DNA of 63,280 nt, filler included, from Licmophora abbreviata (Eukaryota), in the NCBI GenBank assembly GCA_900291995.1. It is 50 parts of 50 records of this genome, joined end to end, with 100 filler letters (N's around TTAATTAATTAA, not from the genome) between each part and the next. Parts side by side here need not be neighbours in the genome. Positions count along the whole stretch, not along the records: positions 23,355 to 24,531 come from OLMU01006683.1; positions 24,632 to 25,811 come from OLMU01006684.1; positions 25,912 to 27,087 come from OLMU01006685.1; positions 27,188 to 28,362 come from OLMU01006686.1; positions 28,463 to 29,635 come from OLMU01006687.1; positions 29,736 to 30,909 come from OLMU01006688.1; positions 31,010 to 32,185 come from OLMU01006689.1; positions 32,286 to 33,454 come from OLMU01006690.1; 42 more parts are not named here. The stretch is one strand, 5' to 3'. The translations under genes and the position numbers were made by a program. The notes below the pieces were generated by a model. The model was not told the DNA's origin. It did not search any database and saw only the letters and a list, made by a program, of their open reading frames with translations. Every line of letters starts with the position of its first letter. The first letter of the stretch is position 1. This document shows, piece by piece, positions 24,047 to 36,085 of the stretch.

Positions 24047-24225
24047 GGGTTTGATTGGCGACTTTTTATGCCATCTTGGCGTTCGTTCGACAAAGACGTG
24101 TGGTCATCCGTGTGGTGTTCGGCATGGCAGTCCAGATTGTGCTGAAAGATTGGGAAGGCGACTCCAGGAGACCCGATCCTCCTCCTGCGATATGCCAATA
24201 CGACCAGTACGATATACCAAGCTTC

Positions 24226-24338
24226 TAGACTGTTGCTGACGTTGCATATTTGCATTTGCGTCTAACATTCGCTAGGATCGTAGACTGATGTTTGTTGACG
24301 TCGTATTTTGCATTTGCGTCTAACATTCGCTAGGATCG
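24226..24338. repeat. Imperfect tandem duplication (55 and 58 bp)
   Basis: TAGACTG...TTTGCATTTGCGTCTAACATTCGCTAGGATCG occurs twice head to tail. Confidence 0.85.
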
Positions 24339-24631
24339 GTGCGTCTACTCGCCGTCCTGTGTATTCTCCTCACTAAAATGCACGCCCATCCACAAAGCAT
24401 TCTCTCCTGCCTCATGCTGCTGCACACGTGCGTCCTCCATCCTCATCAAAAAGGCAGTCTGGAGCTCCAGCTCTTGGCCAGTCAAGCTGCATTGCGCCAG
24501 CATCTTGCAGAGGCGACTCAAGGCACGGTCANNNNNNNNNNNNNNNNNNNNNNNNNNNNNNNNNNNNNNNNNNNNTTAATTAATTAANNNNNNNNNNNNN
24601 NNNNNNNNNNNNNNNNNNNNNNNNNNNNNNN

Positions 24632-25811
24632 TTTTCCATCCTTCTCCCAGATGTCATGCATGACGGTAATAAAGGGTTTTGGAGAACCAGTCATGCGAAG
24701 GTAGTGTTCGCGACTTTTCTTGACCAACCCTTTGACTGCATCCATCGTAGAAGAAAAATGGCGCAGCATTGTGTTATCGTAACGCTGACGACCGACTGTC
24801 TGGTCAGATTGAGACTTGAGGTCTTTCGCATGCAATACCACGTAGGAAATCATATTCTTGAAATTCTTCCCTTGGATTACACTCGGTGGAATGTTATCAT
24901 TATTGGCAAATGTGACAACACAATCTTCGTAGCCACGTGCGACATCCGGCTTCTTCATGGGAGGAAAGTTAATTACGCTTTGGGTCGAGGGCGAGAATTT
25001 GCGCTTCGAGCCGCTATTCGAAGCAGTCGTAGTGTCCATCGTCACAGAGGAAGTCATGGAAGTTGGAGTCGACGATGCAGCAACAGAAGCTACCGATACT
25101 GGTGGATCTTTTAGCAACTCTTTGTACTCTTTCTCGTCCTTGTGTTTCCGTTTCAAGTGTACCCAAGCATTCGATGGGGCGCCCTTTTTGTTCAGTCCCA
25201 CCAGGCAATCTTCCAAGGACTTATTCTCGTCCATGTAGCAAAGAAGACACACTTTTGTCCTGAGTGGTTGGTCCTTGAGCCTCTTAAGTGATTTCGTCAT
25301 CACCATTCCCTTGGGCAGAGTGTCTTCGACAATACCATCCTGTACTAGTTCCCATACACGAGCTGTTTTCTTGGTGGGAGGAGTCACAAGAGTCACCTGA
25401 TCCTTTTCTTGCTTCCGCTTTGCTGCAATCGCACTAGTCTTTTTATCAAGCTCAGCCCTAATTGCTTCATTTCTTTCTGATTCTTTACTTTCCTCTATCT
25501 TGCTTTCTTCTGCAACAGCAGCGGGAGCAGGATCGGGAGCACGAGCAGGAGGTGGGTGCCTTCCGTGAGCATGAAGATGGCACAAACGTGGCTGTCCGTA
25601 TCCCTCTTCGCCCACTCCAACACCACAACACCCATGCATGAATGCATCACAGCCTGGATGTGGACACTTGTGGATCCCGGTAACCATACCCTTTGGGCAA
25701 TTCGGCTGTGAATGGTTGCCACATTGCCTGAGCTGTGCTGACGACGATGACGACGATGACATGACTCGGCCACGTAATTTGCACAGTGCGTGGTTGTATG
25801 TATCCACCCCT
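24632..25811 (-). mobile_element. hAT-family transposase N-terminal half (BED-like zinc finger)
   Basis: VW...VCLLC...SNAWVHLKRKH BED-like finger, IP.SVI...NFKNM, first catalytic motif ITVMHDIW. Confidence 0.65.
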
Positions 25812-26121
25812 NNNNNNNNNNNNNNNNNNNNNNNNNNNNNNNNNNNNNNNNNNNNTTAATTAATTAANNNNNNNNNNNNNNNNNNNNNNNNNNNNNNNNN
25901 NNNNNNNNNNNGGAATTTGATACGATGAGATGTTGAGGCTGATTTCTGGGGGTTCCGGAAACGTCACTGAAACTGCCGGCTGGCTCGTTCGAAGTGCTAT
26001 CATCATATAGAAAAAATATAATATAATCTATATATCCGCGTCAGCCTAGCTCCTAAAGAAATATTGGCGAAAAATCTTTTCTGAGGGAATCATTTGGTCG
26101 TTTTTTTATTTTTAACGGTTT

Positions 26122-26432
26122 ATAGTTTCAGACATTCTTGCATAGTTTCAGACAGCGCTGTCTGAAACTATATAGTTTCAGACAAATGTTTCAGACACGT
26201 CTTAAACAAGACCTAGTTTCAGACATCTCAGAGAAAACGTCTTAAACAAGAAATAGTTTCAGACATCTCAGAGAAAACGTCTTAAACAAGAAATAGTTTC
26301 AGACATCTCAGAGAAAACGTCTTAAACAAGAAATAGTTTCAGACATCTCAGAGAAAACGTCTTGAACAAGAAATAGTTTCAGACATCTCACGATAGTGTC
26401 AGTCATCTCAGAGAAAACGTCTTAAACAAGAA
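26122..26432. repeat. Array of (A)GTTTCAGACA motifs, including about 5 copies of a 40-bp tandem unit
   Basis: AGACATCTCAGAGAAAACGTCTTAAACAAGAAATAGTTTC starts at 26221, 26261, 26301, 26341; partial copies at 26381 and 26401; one inverted core copy near 26159-26170. Confidence 0.92.
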
Positions 26433-26532
26433 GTTCGTTGATATTTTTTTCGGCGACACGCGCAACATCATCCACTCGCTCGCCGTCACGCACACATCTG
26501 CCCGATCACGCGAAAACTCTAGAGCCGAAACC

Positions 26533-27087
26533 ATGTTGGTCATTCTATCACCAGATGAGTTCCTGAAGAGAGGTCTCGAACTTGGCGGGTTCGACGAGTA
26601 TCGCCAAGGTCGCGTCAAACGATCAACAAACTTGGAGCGCTTCAGGAGTTTGTATGGATCAAACCCTCTCGTCTATGCGCAGTTGTTTGAAGATCTGCAG
26701 ACGACGGAACTTGTCGACGCATATGTCAATTCAGAGAGCATTTGTGTGGAGTCATTCTTGATGGGCTTGCACTTTTTGCGAGTCTACGCAACGGAGAATC
26801 AACGAGCTGGGTCGTTTGGCATTTGCGAGAAACGGCCCGAAAGTGGGGTTGGTTCTACGTCAAGAAGATACAGGCGCTAAAGCTTGAAAAGGTAAGTCAG
26901 TCCTACACCGGGGGTGTAGTTGTCGCAGGTAAATATCGTCGTTGCTGACACTGTGCACTCGCTCCTTGCTCGTCGTCTGGCTGCTTTCATATCTAGATCA
27001 TTTGGCCAGAGAACTGGAACGACGGGCATCCGGACGTGAACAACGAATCGACTCCCGTCTTCATTATATCAGTTGACGGTGTCCATT
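26533..27087 (+). mobile_element. PIF/Harbinger-ISL2EU-like DDE transposase N-terminus with intron 26892-26996 and a 1-nt frameshift near 26830
   Basis: FRSLYG, FLMGLHFLRVY.TE, (E)KTARKW.W HTH, then GTAAGT..CTGAC..TAG intron and IIWP...FIISVDGVH catalytic motif. Confidence 0.7.
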
Positions 27088-27187
27088 NNNNNNNNNNNNN
27101 NNNNNNNNNNNNNNNNNNNNNNNNNNNNNNNTTAATTAATTAANNNNNNNNNNNNNNNNNNNNNNNNNNNNNNNNNNNNNNNNNNNN

Positions 27188-28362
27188 GGGCGCTGGTGCT
27201 GGTGCCGCTGGAATTGCCGGCGCTGCTGCTTGGGCTTGTGGCCCTGAGGGGGCGGGCGGTGCTTGTGCTGCGGATCGTGCTGAGCGTGCTGCTGACGATT
27301 CTGGTGATCCTCAAGACAGCTGATTTCGCGATGTTCACGGCGCTGGCGCGGGGGTTCAACCCGGTGGCGGATGTCATGCTGATCGAGGCGGGCCTGCGTT
27401 TGCTGGCGGGATCCATCGGCGTGGTGCCCGCGGCTCTGGTCGGTTTGGCGGCGGTTGCGGCGGCCATCGGGATCGGTTGGGCGATCTGGTGGGCGACGGG
27501 GGTTTGGGCGGCGCTTGCCGTACCAAAGGTCACGGCATGGATCGCGGGCACGGGGGCGGTGCTGTCGGCGGTGGTCGCGGTGGCCGAGATCGGGCAGACC
27601 ATGGGGCGCTGGAGCCTTGGGGTGAGCCCGCCCGGTGCGGCCTTCACCGCACGCGTGGGTGTCGAGCGGGTGGTCATGGTGTGCGACACGCTGCGCGATC
27701 TCAGGGCGTTTCGCATTGCGGCGCGGCAAGATCCCTATGGCGGGGCGACTGGCCTGCTGGACGAGATCGACCGAGATGTGATGGTGGTGTTTGTCGAAAG
27801 CTATGGCCGCACCAGTCTGGACACGCCGTTTTATGCGGGCCGCCATCGCGAGACGCTGGAGCGCAACGAGGCGGTGCTGCGCGATCTGGGGCTGTCGATG
27901 GTGTCGGGGCTGGTGCGCGCGCCGACGCGCGGCGGGCAAAGCTGGCTGTCGCATGCGACATTTGCCAATGGTCTTCTGGTCAACGATCAGACGCGCTATG
28001 GCGCGGTGCTGGCCTCGGGACGGGAGACGCTGTTTCATATCGCGGCACGGTCGGGGTTTCACACGGCGGCGGTGATGCCGCAGATCACGCTCGACTGGCC
28101 GGAATCGGCGGTGATGGGCTTTGACACGGTGCTGGCGGCGGCGGATCTGGGATATGAGGGCGCAGCCTTCAACTGGGTGACGATGCCGGATCAATTCACC
28201 TTTGCGGCGCTGGACCGGCTGGTGCGCACCGGGCAGGCGGATGGGCCGTCCTTTGTGCAGGTGGCGCTTGGCTCGTCGCATGCGCCATGGGTGCCTGTGC
28301 CGGAACTGGTGGACTGGGACAGCATCGGCGATGGGCAGGTGTTCAACGAGATGGCGACGTCT
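27188..28362 (+). CDS. Bacterial membrane sulfatase-like/alkaline phosphatase superfamily protein, internal fragment
   Basis: High GC; TM helices then VFVESYG, PT.GG.SWLSH, MPDQF, SSHAPW motifs. Confidence 0.75.
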
Positions 28363-28462
28363 NNNNNNNNNNNNNNNNNNNNNNNNNNNNNNNNNNNNNN
28401 NNNNNNTTAATTAATTAANNNNNNNNNNNNNNNNNNNNNNNNNNNNNNNNNNNNNNNNNNNN

Positions 28463-29635
28463 GTCATGACTCCTCCCGCACCATAGAATCCGACTATGAT
28501 CTTCAGGGTCGAACGCTGGGTCATGGAGCATTTTCTACAGTTCGACTGGCGACTCGACGAGTCGACCAGGAGCCGGTCGCAGTCAAGACCATTGCCAAAC
28601 ATCAAGTTCTTCGGTCACGGAGGATAAAGTGCCATCGGAAGCGTCTCGAGGAGTGGGAGATTCTCCAAGAGCTCGAGAGCAACCCCAACATAGTCACTCC
28701 ACTTGATGTCTTTGAGACGGATGAAGACATTCAGCTTGTCCTTGAATTCTGTGACGGCGGAGAGCTTTTTGACGTTATTCAACGTCACAAGGACGACTCC
28801 ATGTGCTCGGACCATGGACAACACCAATTCCCTGAAGACCAGGCCAGTCTCATTGCTGCACAAGTACTTTCGGCCCTGGCTGACTTGCAAGCCCGGGGCA
28901 TTGCACATCGCGATGTCAAACCCGAAAACATCCTCCTCAAGACAACCGAAGAAGGCAACGTCTGTGTGAAACTCTCCGACTTTGGCACGGCTCGACTTTT
29001 TCACAGGTCGACCCTGACGGACTCTTCCGACGACGAGTCTGATGGTGATGCCTCGCCCTGTACACCACCAAGCAGGATGCGCGCCTACTCCTCGGTTGGA
29101 TCTCATTACTACACCGCGCCAGAAGTTGATAGCGGCGGCGGATATGGCACGGCTGTTGACATTTACTCGCTCGGCGTCTCCCTGTACGTCCTTCTCTGTG
29201 GAGTCCCTCCCTCGTTTGACATTGACTCCGACGACGAAGATATCGACGTGCTGGGAATGTCTTGGAGCAGCTTGTCAGCTGATGCAAGGGACCTTTTGCG
29301 CTGCATGCTTCACCCGCATGCTTCGAAACGCATTGCCGCGTCTGACGCTCTTCGCCACCCGTGGATTACCAACAACTCCGGCGCGAGGCTTCATATGGTG
29401 GACGGAAGATTCCATCGATGCGAGACCGATTTCGATCGGGTGCCAAGGCAGATTCCAGATACTTTGGATGACACCCAGCGTGGAATGAGGAAAAGGCCCT
29501 CCTTCTCAATTGAAGGTCCCTCCAAGAAGTCAAGGCCCGACAATGAAGTCGGGTGCTTGATTGCCGAAGCAATGGCTAAACTGTATAGTGACGTTGCCGA
29601 AGCAGCGAACTCGGCATCCGAGGCGGCCGCTTGTG
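28463..29635 (+). CDS. CAMK-family Ser/Thr protein kinase, partial
   Basis: LGHGAFSTV, VAVKTI, LEFCDGGELF, HRDVKPEN, DFG, YYTAPE, DIYSLG. Confidence 0.93.
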
Positions 29636-29735
29636 NNNNNNNNNNNNNNNNNNNNNNNNNNNNNNNNNNNNNNNNNNNNTTAATTAATTAANNNNNNNNN
29701 NNNNNNNNNNNNNNNNNNNNNNNNNNNNNNNNNNN

Positions 29736-29985
29736 GCTGAAGGAGAAGGTCTATGCCGTTCTTCCGGGCGGGCTGCGGGCATTTTTCTATTTTCTCTACC
29801 GCTATGTCTTACGACTAGGGTTCCTCGACGGCCGCGAAGGCACGGCGTTTCACGTGTTGCAAGGGTTCTGGTATCGCTACTTGGTGGACATGAAGATGCA
29901 CGAGGTCAAAACCCACATGCGCCGCAACAATGTAGGGGTCGCGACAGCGATACGCGATATCCTTGGCATAGACATTTCCGGATAG
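29736..29985 (+). CDS. Bacterial GT2 glycosyltransferase, C-terminal end
   Basis: YFLYRYVLRLGFLDGREG..FH.LQGFWYR.LVD.K motif. Confidence 0.75.
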
Positions 29986-30150
29986 TGTCAGATGACTTGG
30001 TTCCGGCGTTATCGGCATTTCGAGTCCTCCGCTCCGTTGCTGTGACCAGCGTATGAAGATGTCGCCGCATAGGTCTCTCACAACTTTCGCCTTCCTAAGG
30101 CGTCTTTAAAATTACCATCTCGCGAGCGCATAATTCGGATTCCCCACCAA

Positions 30151-30909
30151 ATGAAAATCTCCATTGTGACAGCTGTCTTCAACCGGGCAGATACGATTAA
30201 GGACGCCCTCGCCAGCGTGCAGATGCAACGTTACGCACCCGTAGAGCATGTGATCCAGGATGGCGGGTCAACCGATGGCACATTGGACATTATCAAAGCG
30301 CAAGGCGCGGCGGCAACGCACCTTGTGTCCGAGCCTGACGGCGGTATTTACGATGCTATCAACAAAGGTATTTCGAGGGCATCCGGAGACGTCGTCGGCC
30401 TTATGCATTCTGATGACATGTTTGCCTCAAGGGACGTCCTTTCTAAAGTGGCTGCTGCTTTCAGTTCTCCGGATGTAGACGGCGTTTACGGGGACCTTAC
30501 GTATGTCGCGGCAGAGGATCATGCCCGCGTTATCCGCTACTGGCGTGCCGGAGACTACATCCCTGAAAAACTATCACGCGGCTGGATGCCACCGCACCCA
30601 ACACTGTATCTCCGACGGCAAGTCTTCGAGCGTTGGGGGCTTTATAATACGAACTACAGGATAGCGGCAGACTATGATGCAATGCTGCGATATCTGTTGA
30701 AGGGGCGCATTCGGCTCGCGTACATCCCCGAAGTCTTCATCCGCATGCGTGTTGGTGGCGAGAGCAATAAAACAGTTCGACATATTTTGCGCAAAAGCCG
30801 TGAAGACTATCAGGCCATTCGACAAAACGGTGTTGGCGGGTTTGGAACACTTGCTCTCAAAAATTTCAGAAAAATCGGACAATTCGTATCCAAGGAGCAG
30901 AAAACGTAA
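30151..30909 (+). CDS. Bacterial GT2 glycosyltransferase (WcaE-like)
   Basis: KISIVT, QDGGSTDGT, SEPDGGIYDAINKG, HSDD, GWMPPHPT, AADYD, MRVGGESN. Confidence 0.9.
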   Translation: MKISIVTAVFNRADTIKDALASVQMQRYAPVEHVIQDGGSTDGTLDIIKAQGAAATHLVSEPDGGIYDAINKGISRASGDVVGLMHSDDMFASRDVLSKVAAAFSSPDVDGVYGDLTYVAAEDHARVIRYWRAGDYIPEKLSRGWMPPHPTLYLRRQVFERWGLYNTNYRIAADYDAMLRYLLKGRIRLAYIPEVFIRMRVGGESNKTVRHILRKSREDYQAIRQNGVGGFGTLALKNFRKIGQFVSKEQKT

Positions 30910-31009
30910 NNNNNNNNNNNNNNNNNNNNNNNNNNNNNNNNNNNNNNNNNNNNTTAATTAATTAANNNNNNNNNNNNNNNNNNNNNNNNNNNNNNNNNNN
31001 NNNNNNNNN

Positions 31010-32185
31010 CCCAGTGTGTATCGGCGGCGGAGGAGCGGGAAGGGATAACGCCGAAGCTGACGGCGTGGTCTGCAGCGCGGAGATCAGCCAGGAACGCAGC
31101 TCTGGTGGCGGGGTCCAAAGTTGCCAGGAGAGAGTCTGCCGGTAGTGAGTGTCAAAATGGCGCAAAAACTGTGAGTTAGACAGGTGCTGAAGGCGAGAGG
31201 CATCATCGGCAGGTTGGTTCTCCGGTCCTGGGATGTAGTCATGGACCGTGACATGTCGGTGGAAACGCTGATGTGCGGCTTGGTATCGCAAGAGCTGGGA
31301 GGCGGGCTTCAGTGTAGTTGTGGAGCCCTTGCGTTGCCAGTACATGGTACCGAGGTTGTCGGTACGCTGAAGATGTGTGCGCTCGCGGAGGTCGAAGCAA
31401 TCGGAGGCGGCAGCGGATTGGATGATGCTGCCGACGAGCTCGAGATCTGTGTTGGTGATCGCACCGTGGGGGTTGGCGAAGCTGGCGAGGTTGTCTGCGA
31501 TTCGCGATGGGAACGGCATGCGCCAGACTACGGGCCCGGCGGTGTGGTGGATGTGTCGCTGGGTAGCAGCAGTGCGCAGCGAAGCGGCGCGTGGCACTGC
31601 TGTGGGTGTTGGGAGCAGGATGCCCCCCGGCGCCGGCTGCGGCGGCATCGTGACAGCCGTGGACGGTGGGCGTCAGGGGAACCAGCTCGGCGATGCGCGT
31701 GGGGCGCGCATGCAAGGTCGAGTGCAACTGGCGGAAGTGATCCAGAGTGTGGTGGACGTCTTCGGTGATGCGCAGTCGCGAATCGGGAAGGACGTGGCGG
31801 AGGGCTTCTTGGAGGACGGAGAACAGGCCTCTAGCTCCAGGTAGAGCTAAGGTCATAGAGCGCAGTTCGCCCAGTAGCTTGTGGTAGTCTTGGACGGTAA
31901 TTCGTCGTCGTGTACGGGGGGCATCTTGGTGCAAGAGCGTATGGAGGCGCTCCCGGCGACGATCGGTGAGGCGGATGGTCATAGCGTTAGTGTCTATGAG
32001 CCATCCAAGCACTTCTTTCTGCGTCGACCAGGAGGCGTCGCCTTGTTTGAGCTTCTTGACGGAAATTGGTTCCTTGCGTGCAGGCGGGTCGCCGACTTGG
32101 AGCGGGCGGAATACACCGTCAATGTTGTGAAGCAGGGTCCGTCGCACGTTGTGGCGGGAGTCGGCATCGCCTTGGGCCGCGGCAA
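31010..32185 (-). mobile_element. DIRS-like (tyrosine recombinase retrotransposon) RT C-terminus-RNase H, frameshift near 31625
   Basis: EPISVKKLKQGDASWST.K.VLGW.IDT, DAA..GAGG, ITNTDLEL, TDN, IPG.EN..ADDASR motifs. Confidence 0.75.
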
Positions 32186-32285
32186 NNNNNNNNNNNNNNN
32201 NNNNNNNNNNNNNNNNNNNNNNNNNNNNNTTAATTAATTAANNNNNNNNNNNNNNNNNNNNNNNNNNNNNNNNNNNNNNNNNNNN

Positions 32286-33454
32286 ACGAACAACATGGAT
32301 ATGACCTCAGAGGCGACAGAACCCGGAGTTACCAGCATCGGTACTCTCACCAGTTGGACGGACAAGCTGAGACAGGATCCACCGCCACGGGCGTACAACT
32401 GCTCCAGAACGCGATTCATGAATTACCTAGCGACCCGCGACCCCTCCGTACCCACGTTTTCGGCCAAGTTTTCACTCAGATGACAGCGAGTGCCGGTATC
32501 AAGAAGCACGGGCAAGGCGCAGTCGACGCGCTATTCAAAGAATTTGCACAGCTTGATGACAAGGAAGTGTTTGAGCCCATGGATGCGACGGTATTATCAC
32601 CCACCGAGAAGAACGGCGCTTTGAGAGCAGTGAACCTGATAAAAGAAAAGCGCTCCGGGAAACTTAAAGGACGCACGTGTGCCGATGGCCGACCACAGCG
32701 CAGCCTGTACACTCGAGCGGAGACCACATCACCTACCATCTCCACCGATGCTCTCATGATCTCCCTCATGATCGACGGCCTAGAACGTCGTGACGTGGCA
32801 ACAGCAGATGTCGTTGGAGCATATTTGCATGCCGAAATGGAAGATTTTGTACTCATGCGCCTTACCGGAGATGCAGTCAACATCATTTGTGACGTGAATC
32901 CAAAGTACGTACCATTCGTGACCACGGAGAACGGAAAGCGAGTACTCTACGTTCGACTATTAAAGGCCCTGTATGGATGTGTGAAGTCCGCCCTTCTCTG
33001 GTACGACCTTTTCGTGAATACTCTGAAAGATCGCGGTTTCGTGATCAACCCCTACGACCCATGTGTGGCGAATTGCATGATAAATGGCAAACAATGCACA
33101 ATCGGATGGTACGTAGACGATAACAAGATTTCGCACGTTGACCCGGCCGTTGTGACCGAGATCATCGATCTGATTGAGTCGAAATTTGGAAAAATGACGG
33201 TAACTCGCGGTAAACAACACACGTTCCTGGGTATGGAGATCACCCTAAATGACGATGCAACAGTTACCATCACAATGAAAGACTACATTCGCGAGGCGAT
33301 TGTGGATTTTGGAGAAGACGTGTCCAGGGCAGTCGCTACACCCGCAGGGAAGGACCTTTTCGAGATCGATGACAGTGCCGTGGCGTTGGAAAAGGCCAGG
33401 AGCGAGCTTTTCCATAGCATCGTGGCGAAACTACTCTATGTGTCCCAGCGAGGA
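32286..33454 (+). mobile_element. CoDi-like Ty1/copia reverse transcriptase fragment
   Basis: KEKRSG.LKGR.CADG, DVVGAYL, LLKALYG, NPYDPC, WYVDDNK. Confidence 0.93.
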
Positions 33455-33554
33455 NNNNNNNNNNNNNNNNNNNNNNNNNNNNNNNNNNNNNNNNNNNNTT
33501 AATTAATTAANNNNNNNNNNNNNNNNNNNNNNNNNNNNNNNNNNNNNNNNNNNN

Positions 33555-33811
33555 AAAAGTTTGACCGCACGAAACCGCATGTGAACATCGGCACGATTGG
33601 TCACGTTGACCACGGCAAGACGACACTGACGGCGGCGATCACGAAGTATTTCGGCGATTTTCGGGCATATGACCAGATTGACGGCGCGCCCGAAGAAAAG
33701 GCCCGCGGGATCACGATCTCGACCGCGCATGTGGAATACGAGACGGACGCGCGCCACTATGCGCATGTGGACTGCCCCGGCCACGCGGACTATGTGAAGA
33801 ACATGATCACC

Positions 33812-33848
<37 letters not shown>

Positions 33849-34519
33849 ACGCGGCCGATGGCCCGATGCCGCAGACGCGCGAGCACATCCTGCTGGGTCG
33901 TCAGGTCGGCATTCCGTACATGGTCGTCTACATGAACAAGGTCGACCAGGTCGATGACGAGGAACTGCTGGAACTGGTGGAAATGGAAATCCGCGAGCTT
34001 CTGACCTCGTATGACTACCCGGGCGACGATATTCCCGTGATCAAGGGCTCGGCGCTGGCGGCGATGGAAGGCCGCGATCCCGAGATCGGCGAGAACTCGA
34101 TCCGCGCGCTGCTGGCGGCTGTGGACGAGTATATCCCGACGCCGGAGCGCGCCGTGGACAAGCCGTTCCTGATGCCGATCGAAGACGTGTTCTCGATTTC
34201 GGGCCGTGGTACGGTTGTGACCGGCCGTGTCGAGCGTGGCGTTGTGAATGTGGGCGACGAGCTTGAGATCGTCGGCATCAAGGCGACGCAGAAGACGACC
34301 TGCACGGGCGTCGAGATGTTCCGCAAGCTGCTGGATCGCGGTGAGGCTGGCGACAACATCGGCGCGCTGCTGCGCGGTATCGACCGTGAGGCGGTCGAGC
34401 GTGGTCAGGTTCTGTGCAAGCCGGGTTCGGTGAAGCCGCACACGAAGTTCGAGGCCGAGGCGTATATCCTGACCAAGGAAGAGGGTGGCCGTCACACGCC
34501 GTTCTTCGCCAACTACCGT

Positions 34520-34555
<36 letters not shown>

Positions 34556-34572
34556 ACGGTCGAGCTTCCTGC

Positions 34573-34603
<31 letters not shown>

Positions 34604-34720
34604 CTGAAGTTCACCGTCGAGCTGATCGCACCGATCGCCATGGAAGACGGCCTGCGCTTCGCGATCCGCGAAGGTGGCCGTACCGTCGGCGCCGGCGTCG
34701 TGTCCAAAATCCTCGAGTGA
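33555..34720 (+). CDS. tuf: Elongation factor Tu, alphaproteobacterial (Rhodobacteraceae-like), first few codons missing
   Basis: [45 protein letters not shown]; short AAITKYFG form typical of Rhodobacterales/Rhizobiales; GC-rich codons. Confidence 0.98.
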
Positions 34721-34822
34721 TCNNNNNNNNNNNNNNNNNNNNNNNNNNNNNNNNNNNNNNNNNNNNTTAATTAATTAANNNNNNNNNNNNNNNNNNNNNN
34801 NNNNNNNNNNNNNNNNNNNNNN

Positions 34823-35985
34823 GCAAGTTTCGTATCCTCCTCGTTGGAGTCGACGACCTTTGTTTCACCCTTCTCGGCCACTTTCCAGATCACAAACTCC
34901 TCCACCGTTGGTAGGAAAACACTAGCGCTGAGCTTCAGCTTGGAAGGGACGCTCAGATGGTCAGCAGTGAGTTCCTTGTCAGTGCCCTTTTCGAAGTAGT
35001 GACGGCGGTCGTCGAAGTGAACGCTCGTTGGAAAGCGGAGCAGAATCTTCCTTTTCAAACGTGCTGGGTCAGCTTTCTTGAGCTTATCCTTGTTAGAAAC
35101 GATGGATTCTTCCAAAACCTTGGCATAAAGCTCGCTTCCCTTGAGTGCTTTGATGAGACCAGATGTGTTGCGCCTGAAGGAATCTGTGACAGCTGGAATT
35201 TCGATAAGGATCTCGTTGGTGGATGACGTCAAAGAAGCCTTGAGCTTGATTTTTTTAGATTTAAAGTCATGCAGGTTGATGCCACTTAAAAAGATGGCAT
35301 AGCCATTGTGGACATAGCTTCCAGCCTTCGCGTCACGAAAGGGCAAAACCGTGATCTCGCCATAGTCGTTCTTCTTCGTTGGGTCGACTTGAACGACGGT
35401 AGTTGTGACTACTGATGAAGTAGATCAATAGCGATAGGGATATAGAAAATATGAGTGCATTTGAAATGATGAATGTGATGTGATGATTGGACGCCACACG
35501 TCGCGAAGTGAGCATTGTTCAAGAAGCCTTACCATCATCAACATCGAGGATGTCATCGTCATAGTCGCGTGCTCCGGAGCGGCGGCGAGTCGGGACGAGG
35601 CTCATGGTGGTACTGGTAGTAGTCGTGTTCGACGATCGGAGGATGCCTGCTGGCGACGACGTGGTTGAAGGGGTCGTAGTAGTAGTAGACGCAATCTCCG
35701 GCGGAGAAGATGGTTGCGGCGACTGCGGCGACGGGATGGAAGGAGCCACTCCTGCTCTAGGTTTTGTGGGCTCGAGATATCCAACTGAAGCTGCTGGATG
35801 GACACGAAAGGAAGCAAGAAGTCTCAAGTAGTTGGTTTCGTCTTCTGTCTTCAAAGCGTTGACTTTGTTGCGAATTCGCCTGCGAGTTACAGAACCAGGG
35901 GCACCGTAAATGTCTGGGCGATTATCGCAGAGACTCTTGAGGTTAAAAGTTGGTCCGAATCGTGGCTCTCCGAAGGGTACAGCAG
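34823..35985 (-). CDS. Two-exon hypothetical diatom protein (intron 35409-35532), possibly transposon-associated
   Basis: LCDNRPDIYG..GS..RR N-domain, Ser/Thr/Pro linker, GTAAGG...TAG intron joins in frame to the ORF at 35346. Confidence 0.55.
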
Positions 35986-36085
35986 NNNNNNNNNNNNNNN
36001 NNNNNNNNNNNNNNNNNNNNNNNNNNNNNTTAATTAATTAANNNNNNNNNNNNNNNNNNNNNNNNNNNNNNNNNNNNNNNNNNNN

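Noticed and set aside
26214..26432. 40-bp repeats as a CRISPR array
   Set aside because: Units are head to tail with no unique spacers and no cas genes
26825..26840. Programmed frameshifts here and near 1625, 21935, 31625 and 42590
   Set aside because: Mostly single-base shifts at or near short homopolymer runs, without a shared slippery-site/stimulator pattern; more consistent with sequencing indels or decay
33503..34495. Long antisense ORFs opposite tuf, and likewise opposite the sulfatase-like, TM9SF and ATP-grasp genes
   Set aside because: Shadow ORFs caused by codon bias of the real gene on the other strand
27188..34722. Bacterial genes next to eukaryotic genes as an HGT island or operon
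   Set aside because: Every junction is a linker; contigs are ordered roughly by length, not position
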